Shown here in pieces: positions 9,589-17,802 of a DNA stretch of 64,000 nt. This DNA comes from an uncultured Verrucomicrobiae bacterium (GTDB taxonomy: Bacteria > Verrucomicrobiota > Verrucomicrobiia > Chthoniobacterales > JAFAMB01), in assembly GCA_963782115.1 (NCBI GenBank), contig CAWAIK010000001.1, positions 64,001-128,000 on the forward strand, given 5' to 3'. How positions within the stretch are numbered: the stretch's first letter is position 1; each line of letters opens with the position of its first letter. Made by a program: the position numbers and the translations under genes. Under the pieces are notes generated by a model. It was not told the origin of the DNA and ran no database searches. It worked only from the letters and a program-made list of their open reading frames with translations.

Positions 9589-11199
9589 ATGACCTACTTT
9601 AAATCGTGTTTTGTAGGGGCCGCTGCGCTCCTCCTCATCATCGTTCATACTTACGGTGGGGAGACTAACGAAGGTCCAACACCATCTTGGACTCCAACAC
9701 CAACTTGGACTCCGACGCCGACGCCAACGCCAACGCCGAAGCCGCGAACGACGCCGACGCCAACGCCGAAGCCGCCAACGACGCCGACGCCAACGCCGAA
9801 GCCGCCAACGACGCCGACGCCAACGCCGAAGCCGCCAACGACGCCGACGCCAACGCCGAAGCCGCCAACGACGCCAACGCCAACGCCGAAGCCGCCAACG
9901 ACGCCAACGCCAACGCCGAAGCCGCCAACGACGCCGACGCCAACGCCGAAGCCGCCAACGACGCCAACGCCAACGCCGAAGCCGCCAACGACGCCGACGC
10001 CAACGCCGAAGCCGCCAACGCCTCCGCCGAAGCCGCCAACGCCTCCGCCGAAACCGCCAACGCCTCCGCCGAAGCCGCCAACGCCTCCGCCGAAGCCGCC
10101 AACGCCTCCGCCGAAGCCACCGACGCCTCCGCCGAAGCCACCGACGCCTCCGCCGAAGCCGCCAACGCCTCCGCCGACGACACCAACGACACCGACGACA
10201 CCGACGACACCAACCACACCAACCACACCGACGACACCAACGCCACCGACACCGTCCGGGTCCCCGAAACCGGCTGCGTCCCCGTCACCTTTGCCGACCC
10301 CATCGACATCAGCAGCGCCCGCACCTCGCCGATTATTTGCACCTGTCGAACAGCCGACGATCGACACTGCCAATGCGCTGACGAATTCAATTGAGCAACG
10401 CGCCGCCGAGATCCGCGATAGCGCTGAGGAAGCGCCCGCAAACCCTGGATTCAGCAAGGAAGGTTACAGCAAGGAAGGTTACAACAAGGACGGAAAGCAA
10501 GTCGTGGATCAAACCCCGCCGCCCGCCGTACAGCCAAAGCGTTGGGATGTTTGGGCCGTGGGAACCGGGTTGTTTGGCCACTATGACAACTTCGGCGATG
10601 GCCATTATTCAGCCGGTCAGTTCTCGATTGGACTTGACTACCGCGTAACGCCTCATTGGTTAGTCGGCGTTATAGCCGATTACACCTACACCACAGGCAC
10701 CTGGGACGGCCGGAATTTCAACGCCAACACTTTCAGGGGCGGACTTTATACCTCTGTGTGGAAGGGAGGTTGGTACGGAACTCTGGCCGGACTGATTGGC
10801 ACCACTGATTATCACGTCATAGGTGGTACCAGCGGAATGGACTACACCGGCTATGCCGGAACGGGGTACGCCTGGCGATTTGGTTCCTTCGAGATAGGGC
10901 CATGGGCCGGCCTCGAGTACGATTATGCGGACGGCTTTAGACCTTTGCGTGAGCTGGCGAGTCGCATAGGAGTCAGAGCGGCATTTCATGCCGGGAAGTG
11001 GACGCCCTACGTCCAGATTGGCTGGCAGCATGAATACTTGGATGACTGGACAGGCATAGATCGCAATTCCGCATGGGGATCCACCGGGGTGGCCTACCGG
11101 ATTAACGATGCGTTCAGCGTGTTCGCTGACTATTCAGGTTGGGTAGGACCAAATGATTGGGTTCAGCAAGTTGACGTAGGAGCGAGGTTCAGTTGGTAA
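9589..11199 (+). CDS. Autotransporter beta-domain protein with Pro/Thr/Lys-repeat passenger
   Basis: N-terminal signal-like stretch, PT-rich repeats, then RWDVWAVGTG...GLDYRVTPHWLVG...WQHEY and terminal GARFSW beta-barrel signature. Confidence 0.85.
   Translation: MTYFKSCFVGAAALLLIIVHTYGGETNEGPTPSWTPTPTWTPTPTPTPTPKPRTTPTPTPKPPTTPTPTPKPPTTPTPTPKPPTTPTPTPKPPTTPTPTPKPPTTPTPTPKPPTTPTPTPKPPTTPTPTPKPPTTPTPTPKPPTPPPKPPTPPPKPPTPPPKPPTPPPKPPTPPPKPPTPPPKPPTPPPKPPTPPPTTPTTPTTPTTPTTPTTPTTPTPPTPSGSPKPAASPSPLPTPSTSAAPAPRRLFAPVEQPTIDTANALTNSIEQRAAEIRDSAEEAPANPGFSKEGYSKEGYNKDGKQVVDQTPPPAVQPKRWDVWAVGTGLFGHYDNFGDGHYSAGQFSIGLDYRVTPHWLVGVIADYTYTTGTWDGRNFNANTFRGGLYTSVWKGGWYGTLAGLIGTTDYHVIGGTSGMDYTGYAGTGYAWRFGSFEIGPWAGLEYDYADGFRPLRELASRIGVRAAFHAGKWTPYVQIGWQHEYLDDWTGIDRNSAWGSTGVAYRINDAFSVFADYSGWVGPNDWVQQVDVGARFSW
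9736..10250 (+). repeat. Coding tandem repeats: 9 x 30 bp (PKPPTTPTPT), 8 x 21 bp (PKPPTPP), then 9-bp PTT units
   Basis: 30-mers at 9736-10005, 21-mers at 10006-10173, 9-mers after; counted directly from the sequence. Confidence 0.95.
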
Positions 11200-11228
11200 T
11201 CGTAGGGCATTCTCTATAGATTTGTTTT

Positions 11229-11372
11229 CAAGGCGGTCCGAGCCGGACTGGCGGTAAAGCGCCCCTATCTGAGTCATACAGGTCGAGCGAGCAACGCGCG
11301 GAAAAACAGCCAACCGCCCCCGCCCGAAGGGTTGCGGTGAAAACCGGCGGGCTGCGTTGCTCGCCGGTCACC
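11229..11372. repeat. Dispersed structured repeat (MITE-like), copy 1
   Basis: 11256-11371 aligns with 33979-34095 (GCGAGCAACGC...GGCTGCGTTGCTCG). The 28-mer at 11229 recurs inverted at about 34175-34202. Confidence 0.7.
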
Positions 11373-11416
11373 TAGCGATTCGGCTTTTAGGGCTTAACCG
11401 CCGGCCGGAGATGGTC

Positions 11417-11851
11417 TCAGAAAATCTGGAGCCCGAGGAATTTTCGAGGCTTCTGCCGATGGAACAGATTGAGCGATTCCAGCGGACGAGCGGCGCTCAC
11501 TTTCTTGAACGCCTGCTCCACAGTGGACCCGGTGGATTCCAGGCCTTGTTTGATCGGATCTGCAATCTTCGGCCCTTGTTCTCGGATCCAGGCCTGAGCA
11601 TCGTTGATGAATTCGTCGATTTTGCTTTGGCGGAGAATCAGCTCCTGGTAGTGGGAGACCGCGTAGCCGAGAGCGAATCCAACCGCTACGGCTGTGACGA
11701 CCACGGTCACATTCGCGCGGCTTTGCGGAGGGGCGATCGCCGATGGAACCACGGGCTCAGCCGGGTTGGTCGCTTCTCCTTCATTTGGGGGTCCCTCCTT
11801 GTGCTGCGCGGGTCTTGGTCCGAACGGTTGGATTTCCGGAAATTCGCTCAT
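11417..11851 (-). CDS. Hypothetical single-pass membrane protein (144 aa)
   Basis: ATG at 11851 with AGGAG RBS; Pro-rich N-terminus, one TM helix (VVVTAVAVGFALGYAV), amphipathic C-terminus. Confidence 0.7.
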   Translation of the reverse strand: MSEFPEIQPFGPRPAQHKEGPPNEGEATNPAEPVVPSAIAPPQSRANVTVVVTAVAVGFALGYAVSHYQELILRQSKIDEFINDAQAWIREQGPKIADPIKQGLESTGSTVEQAFKKVSAARPLESLNLFHRQKPRKFLGLQIF

Positions 11852-12046
11852 AGTTTTGCTCCTGGGGCTTAAGACGAAGAGTTTGAAAGCTCTCTTCAAA
11901 GTTCCAAAGTATACCCTTGGATGGGGCAACAGGAAAGGACCGGGTGCAATCGATTTAAGCTTTCGCCATCGGGGCCCGATAAGACAAGCAGGGCGCCAAA
12001 CGAGCGCGCCGGCGAAGCGGCCTGCAGGCATTCGCAAACAGATCTC

Positions 12047-12082
12047 AAAAAAAAGGCGCCGGCAGATGCGCGGCGCCTTTCA
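12047..12082 (-). terminator. Intrinsic terminator after the porin gene
   Basis: Minus strand reads AAAGGCGCCG-loop-CGGCGCC followed by a T run. Confidence 0.75.
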
Positions 12083-12113
12083 GGGCAATTTGAGTTGTGA
12101 ATTATAGTTTAGT

Positions 12114-13442
12114 CTAGAATTCCAGGACTAAGTCCAATCCCAATGTCCACTGGTCTTGCTTGGTATTCTGATTGAATGGCTTGAATCTGTCCGTTAGTGC
12201 CCTGTCATAACGGACCTCAGGGCGAATCAGTAGACCGGCGATCGGTTTCGGAAGAGGCGGTTTAATAGTCACACCCCCGGTAACTTCGAAGTAGGTCGTA
12301 GGCCCTCCCCCCAGGTTGCTGGGATCGAAAGGAAATTCTGGACGAAACACGTTATCTCCGCGCTCGAAGTGTATGAAGTCGTTATTTGCTCGAAACTGGG
12401 CGACATAAAATCCCGACGAATCCCGGAAAATCTCACCTCGCAGCCCTAGCTGTAGCCAATCGTTGACGGAATAGGTGAAATACTGCGCGCCCCCACCGCC
12501 CCACTTGCCGCCGTCCAGGGTGTCACAGATCAGATTCAAATCGGTGATGGCAGTCAAGCTCTTGGTGATCTTCCAGGTTGTGGTGATGTCGTTCAGATAA
12601 CGCCAATCGACATTATTGAGAGTGTTCTCCGGACCATCGTGGGTGAGTGCTACGACCGTTAGATTGCCATCCAGCAAATTCAGGCCAATCCCGCCTTCGA
12701 AGGCCACAGAGGAGTTGTTGTCGCTAAACGCCATATTCACTCCACGATTCACTCCGGCGTAAAGATCGAGGTATTTATTAACGTGGAGCGTGGTAAGAAC
12801 ACCCAGATCATTCAAAGGGACGCCGAAATTGAAGATATAGCTGTGGGAATAGAAAACGTTTTGACGCGGATCTATCGTTTCAGCCGACATCGGGTCTGCG
12901 TATTTTCCAAGCTTCAAGTCGAGGCCGTTCGTCGAGGGGATCGGAATGTGGGCGCTCGCATAAAGCTCGGGAATATCGGGCTGGGTGCGATCATTGGTGA
13001 CCAGATCAAGGAAGCCCACCGATTTGGTATATCGAGCGTCGCTTCCATACATCAACCATGCTTTAAATCCCCAGTCGAACCCGGTGGCATTCGGGTCCAG
13101 AGCTCGCTCGCCGACGACCGATAGCTGATTCAGGAGCGGCTCATTGGAGCGGTCAGTAAACAGATGACCGAAGTTGTGGTTGTCGATCGGCGCGTCCGGG
13201 TTGCCGGTGATGCCACCCTCGATCCAGCCGTAGATTTTGAATCGTGGTTCCGGCGGTTTCGGTTGCTCTACGACTTTCTTCGCTTCCTTTGACTCCTTAC
13301 CGTCAGAAGCATTGACGACCGCCGGACTTGGAGCCGGGGTGGCTTGCTGCCCGTAGCACAAGCCGGAAGATAGAGCATAAGCTGCAACAACGCTTGCAGG
13401 AACAAGCAGTCTGAAGAGTTTCATTTCTAATATTTGTTTCAT
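12114..13442 (-). CDS. Outer-membrane beta-barrel porin (BBP2/DUF1597-like)
   Basis: Signal peptide, TDRSNEPLLNQ, FYSHSYIFNFG, RPEVRYD, terminal LDLVLEF. Confidence 0.8.
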   Translation of the reverse strand: MKQILEMKLFRLLVPASVVAAYALSSGLCYGQQATPAPSPAVVNASDGKESKEAKKVVEQPKPPEPRFKIYGWIEGGITGNPDAPIDNHNFGHLFTDRSNEPLLNQLSVVGERALDPNATGFDWGFKAWLMYGSDARYTKSVGFLDLVTNDRTQPDIPELYASAHIPIPSTNGLDLKLGKYADPMSAETIDPRQNVFYSHSYIFNFGVPLNDLGVLTTLHVNKYLDLYAGVNRGVNMAFSDNNSSVAFEGGIGLNLLDGNLTVVALTHDGPENTLNNVDWRYLNDITTTWKITKSLTAITDLNLICDTLDGGKWGGGGAQYFTYSVNDWLQLGLRGEIFRDSSGFYVAQFRANNDFIHFERGDNVFRPEFPFDPSNLGGGPTTYFEVTGGVTIKPPLPKPIAGLLIRPEVRYDRALTDRFKPFNQNTKQDQWTLGLDLVLEF

Positions 13443-13782
13443 GTTGTTGGCAAATTTCCGTTTCTGCCAAGGTTAAGGGGTATTCGGATTGGCGATCCGA
13501 ACACGAAGGCCGAGACATAGCATTTTTCGCGCCTATCGTCCGAAAATATAAAATCCTTGAAGGCGGTAAGTTCGACCCAAGTGACGCTGGCGAAGCGTCA
13601 TCGGGCGCTGAAGCCTTGCGGCGGCTCAACTGTATAAAATTCACACCAACGGGGTGCCGATTGGCTAAATTTTACCAGTAGCGATCCCGGCGGGCGCAGA
13701 AAGGGACCCGCCGGAAGGCGGTTAGCCTCTCAGTAGGCACCTTACAGCAATGTACCGGTTAATGGTACAGCAGTGTACAAGT

Positions 13783-13797
13783 TGGCATGACAGCTGC
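13783..13797 (+). promoter_or_regulatory. Putative sigma-54 (-24/-12) promoter upstream of the APC permease
   Basis: TGGCATGACAGCTGC has correctly spaced GG and GC; an inverted repeat TGTACC-N7-GGTACA lies at 13751-13769. Confidence 0.55.
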
Positions 13798-13851
13798 TTG
13801 TGGCGGTACGGCCTTTTTAGGGTCATAAATCAAACCCAAAATACCACCCGC

Positions 13852-15693
13852 ATGTCCGAAAATGATCAACCTACAGCCAAGAAGACGCTTGGCTTAACCG
13901 GGTTAACCGTCAACGCCATGGCGCTCATTGCGCCCGGGGCGTTTCTCTGGTTGACCTTTGGCCCACAATGTCTCTACGGCCAACCTATGGCCGGAATTGC
14001 TATGTGGTTTGGCATCCTAGTTGCGCTGTTGCTCTGTTTTGCAACAGCCATCTCTTATGCCGAACTGTCGAAACTATATCCAGGTGCCGGTTCGTCGTAC
14101 TTCTTCGCCGAACAGGCTTTCCTATCGAAATCGAAGGTTTTTCGATTTGCCCGGATCGCCAAATTCGTGGTCGGATGGGCCAGCCATCTCTACTACTGGA
14201 TCTACCCCGGGGTGATGGTCGCCGTCACCGCGCTCCTGGTCGGATATCTTGCAGGACAACTGTTTCCGTCGATCTTTAACTCTGCGGTACCCAGTCCGCT
14301 GTTGATGATTTTGTTCTGCCTCGTCTTTCCGTTGTTCATTGGATACATTGCCTATAGTGGGGTCAATGCATCCACCGGAGTAAATCTTGCCGTCAACGTC
14401 ATCCAAATCTCCGCACTGATTGTTTTCACGGTGATCGCCATCGGCTATAGGCTCAATCATGGTGAAGGTTCCAAAGGCATTACTCTTAATCCAGACGGTG
14501 TTCCGGTCTCGAAAGTGATCGCGACGCAGACCGCCAAGGATGACAAAGGGAACGATGTCACGAACCCAGTGAAGGACAAGGACGGCAACTATGTCTTCGA
14601 AAAGAACCCTGATGGTACCGACAAGGATTTTACCCTGTCGTACGCGCCTGACCAGTGGCTCACCAAAGGGTCGGATCCCAAGAACCCGACGGATACGTTT
14701 CAGTTTCACCCTAGCGCTGCTTCTGTCATCGCGCCGCACGGGTTCAGTTTTGTCCTCGTTCAGGCGTGTGTCGCCATCCTGATTCTCGTCGGCTTCGAAT
14801 CCGTAACGTCGATGGGTGAAGAGGCTAAAAACGCCAAACGCGATATTCCGCGCGCGGTGCTCTTGTCCCTCGTCATTCAGGGAGCATTCTGCTACCTCTT
14901 TGAGTATTTTGGAGCGAACTTTTTCCTCAACAGCGGTTACACGATGCCGACCGCCTCGGCGTCACCGGCGCCCATTGGCGACATGATGCAGATTGTTGGG
15001 ACGTGGGTCTTCGGAAGCCCGCAAGCCGGTTGGTGGTTCATGTTTATCCAGGCAATCACCGTCTTTCTCGCGCTGATCGGGACCACTCTTGCCTGCATGA
15101 ATACGGGAGCGCGTGTCACCTTCGCGATGGGCCGCGACGACGAGCTTGCCGGCAACTTAGGAAAGCTCCACGGCAAGAATCTCACTCCACATGTGGCGGT
15201 TTGGACGCTCGCCATCATTTCGGTGATCGTTGGCATCTTCGGGATAGTGCTCTACTTCTGCGGCGGCGCAGCGGTGACCGACGATCAGATCAAAAGTTTG
15301 CCGCACAACATTTGGTATAGCTTTGGTATTTTCCCACATGATACCGCGGCAAATATTCCGCAGAGCCTGCTCATTATCACGCTGGCCAGCAACTTCGGGA
15401 CCTTCCTGCTCTACATGATGACCTGCATTATTGCGATCATTGCATTCCGAGAGCACCATATGTTTAATGGGTTCAAACATGTTGCCGTTCCAGTGTTCGG
15501 CCTTTTGGCGAATCTGCTCTGTATGCTCTTCTATCTTGTCGGACCCTTCTCAGTCGCAGGCATGAGCTGGAAAGAACCATACATAGCCCTGGGAATCGCT
15601 GCAGTCTGGGGCCTCTACGGTGTCTTCCACTTCTATACGTCGAGCAAGAAGAAAGCTAAGTCCGTCCTGGTTGAAGCTCCCAATCTGGCGTAG
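13852..15693 (+). CDS. APC superfamily permease (amino acid/amine/cation transporter)
   Basis: About 12 TM helices, AELSKLYPGAGSSY, GFESVTSMGEEAKNAKRDIPRA; large hydrophilic loop insertion. Confidence 0.9.
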   Translation: MSENDQPTAKKTLGLTGLTVNAMALIAPGAFLWLTFGPQCLYGQPMAGIAMWFGILVALLLCFATAISYAELSKLYPGAGSSYFFAEQAFLSKSKVFRFARIAKFVVGWASHLYYWIYPGVMVAVTALLVGYLAGQLFPSIFNSAVPSPLLMILFCLVFPLFIGYIAYSGVNASTGVNLAVNVIQISALIVFTVIAIGYRLNHGEGSKGITLNPDGVPVSKVIATQTAKDDKGNDVTNPVKDKDGNYVFEKNPDGTDKDFTLSYAPDQWLTKGSDPKNPTDTFQFHPSAASVIAPHGFSFVLVQACVAILILVGFESVTSMGEEAKNAKRDIPRAVLLSLVIQGAFCYLFEYFGANFFLNSGYTMPTASASPAPIGDMMQIVGTWVFGSPQAGWWFMFIQAITVFLALIGTTLACMNTGARVTFAMGRDDELAGNLGKLHGKNLTPHVAVWTLAIISVIVGIFGIVLYFCGGAAVTDDQIKSLPHNIWYSFGIFPHDTAANIPQSLLIITLASNFGTFLLYMMTCIIAIIAFREHHMFNGFKHVAVPVFGLLANLLCMLFYLVGPFSVAGMSWKEPYIALGIAAVWGLYGVFHFYTSSKKKAKSVLVEAPNLA

Positions 15694-15711
15694 TTCCTGC
15701 TAACTCTTTTC

Positions 15712-15748
15712 GTCGATGCGTCTTCCACATCGGTGGAAAGGCGCATCG
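15712..15748 (+). terminator. Stem-loop after the APC permease (terminator or mRNA-stabilising hairpin)
   Basis: CGATGCGTCTTCCAC-ATCG-GTGGAAAGGCGCATCG; no clear U-tract. Confidence 0.45.
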
Positions 15749-15951
15749 CTTGGAAACCGTTCTTAGACCGGTTTCCGAGGCGAGAGATGTTCCGGTCCAG
15801 CCTCGACAGGACCTGGGGGAGATAGTCCCAGGAGTTGGGGGGCAGGCAAATTTTACGCTGCGAGGTTGCTGCCGGTCAGTTGGGTGGCGGCCACACTTTA
15901 ATCGGTGTGGCCGCATCCGCTTTATGGGCCGATAATGAGATTAAATTCTGG

Positions 15952-17751
15952 ATGCGATTAAGTTTCGAGTCGAAGTCTTCCGCCGGACCGGTGCGGAAAA
16001 AAAATGAAGACAGCCTTGGATTTTGGCAACCGGAGGAGGAAGCTGAAAAGCTCCAGCGCGGAGCAATTTCGGTGGTGGCCGATGGAGTTGGCGGTCACGA
16101 AAATGGGGATGTCGCGAGTAAAATGGCGGTTGATATCGCCATCGCGACTTTCCAAAGGATGAACCCCGTCAACGCGCCGAGGCAAATCCTCAAACAGATC
16201 TACGATTCGGCAAATCTGGCTATCTACGAGGCGGGGATGGCCGATCCTCGTGGAGGTCGAATGGCGACGACCCTCTCCGTTTGCATTTTTCGCGACAAGG
16301 AATTGTTCATCGGACACGTCGGAGACACCCGGGTCTATCTGGTGCGGCAGGAGAACATGCGCCGCTTGACTGATGACCATTCGTACACGGCGATGCAGGT
16401 GAAGTTGCGGCTAATCAGCGAGCATGAGGCAAAAGCGAGCAGGCTTCGTTCGATGCTGACACGAACTGTCGGGTCCGACCCGATTGTTCACTTCGATTAT
16501 AAACATCTCAAGCTGATGTCGCGCGATCGCGTCGTTCAGTGTACCGACGGGCTTTACTGTTACATGAATGACAGCGACCTCTGCGAAGGTGTCGATCGAC
16601 TCAATATGGATGAGATCTGTCCATACCTGATAGCGCTTGCTGAGCGGCAGAAGACCGATGATAACCTTTCGGTGCAAGTCGTTCAAGTTGACCGGCTGAT
16701 CGAACCGAAGTATGACCAGCCAATCTCCGTTCTGAAGAAAACAGGTGGGGGGCACACAATCAGTATGAGCAACGAAGTTAAACCCGGCGACGTCATCGAT
16801 GCCCGGTTTGAAATCGATAGCGTGATCAGCCGGAGTGGGATGGCCTCCATCTACAAGGCGAAAGACCTTCAGACCGGACAGATCGTGGCGATTAAGATTC
16901 CATACATGCAGTTAGAATCGGATCCGGCGGCTTTTTCCCGATTCCAACGCGAGGCGGAGATTGGGGAGCTGCTGAATCATCCCAATATCATCAAATTCAT
17001 CAAGGTCCCGAACAAAAGCCGGCAATATATCGTGACGGAATACCTTGAGGGCAAGACTCTGAGCACGGTGCTCAACGAGGTACGGCCACTGCCGATACCG
17101 GACGCCGTCCAGATTGCCAGCTACGTCTGCGGCGCCCTTGCTCACATGCACGAACACAAGGTCGTACACCGCGATCTCAAGCCGCAGAACATCATGATTT
17201 GCGACGATGGCACGCTGAGGATCATTGATTTCGGGATCGCGAAATCGACGGAGATGCGCAGGCTTACGTTTGCCGGGTTCACGCCGGCGATGGGCACGCC
17301 TGACTACATGGCGCCGGAACAGGTCAAGGGAAAACGGGGGGACGAACGAACCGATATTTACAGTTTGGGTGCAGTCCTTTACGAGATGACGACCGGTTCG
17401 GTGCCATTCGAGGGTCCGAATCCTTTTATCGTCATGAACTCGCGAATTACCGGCGATCCGGTCGCACCGCGCAAAGTTAATCCGGAGATCTCCGAAGAAC
17501 TGGAAGAGATCATCCTGCACGCGATGGAGCGCGAACCTGAACGCCGTTATCAATCAGCGGCGGCAATGAAAAAGGAGTTGGACGATCCGGAATCAGTGAA
17601 GAAAACGGAGCGCCATCATCATCTGCAGTCGCCAAAAGTTTGGAAAACTCGATGGCAGGGGTCACGGCTGATTGTTCTCTCTGCCGTCGTGCCGATAGTG
17701 GTATTCGCCGGCGCTTTATTTTTCACGCACTGCCACGGAGCGGCACACTAG
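15952..17751 (+). CDS. Bifunctional PP2C phosphatase / Hanks-type Ser/Thr kinase with C-terminal TM anchor
   Basis: PP2C motifs RKKNED, VADGVGGH, HVGDTRVY, CTDGL, DDNLS; kinase motifs VAIK, HRDLKPQN, DFG, GTPDYMAPE; terminal hydrophobic helix. Confidence 0.92.
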   Translation: MRLSFESKSSAGPVRKKNEDSLGFWQPEEEAEKLQRGAISVVADGVGGHENGDVASKMAVDIAIATFQRMNPVNAPRQILKQIYDSANLAIYEAGMADPRGGRMATTLSVCIFRDKELFIGHVGDTRVYLVRQENMRRLTDDHSYTAMQVKLRLISEHEAKASRLRSMLTRTVGSDPIVHFDYKHLKLMSRDRVVQCTDGLYCYMNDSDLCEGVDRLNMDEICPYLIALAERQKTDDNLSVQVVQVDRLIEPKYDQPISVLKKTGGGHTISMSNEVKPGDVIDARFEIDSVISRSGMASIYKAKDLQTGQIVAIKIPYMQLESDPAAFSRFQREAEIGELLNHPNIIKFIKVPNKSRQYIVTEYLEGKTLSTVLNEVRPLPIPDAVQIASYVCGALAHMHEHKVVHRDLKPQNIMICDDGTLRIIDFGIAKSTEMRRLTFAGFTPAMGTPDYMAPEQVKGKRGDERTDIYSLGAVLYEMTTGSVPFEGPNPFIVMNSRITGDPVAPRKVNPEISEELEEIILHAMEREPERRYQSAAAMKKELDDPESVKKTERHHHLQSPKVWKTRWQGSRLIVLSAVVPIVVFAGALFFTHCHGAAH

Positions 17752-17802
17752 GGAAAATCTCACGAGTGCTTTGGCATGTGAGATTTCGCGCTAAATGTTT
17801 CC

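Noticed and set aside
9736..10173. CRISPR array
   Set aside because: Repeats are contiguous with no unique spacers, are in-frame coding, and no cas genes are present.
9651..10457. Long Gly/Val-, Arg/Gln- and Ala/Asn-rich ORFs in other frames
   Set aside because: Shadows of the stop-free tandem repeat within the autotransporter gene.
13700..13740. Glycine or c-di-AMP riboswitch
   Set aside because: Only partial words (GGAAGG, CTCTCAG); the remaining conserved cores are missing.
17771..17790. Sigma54 promoter before mdcA
   Set aside because: TGGCATG is present but GC is not at the required spacing.
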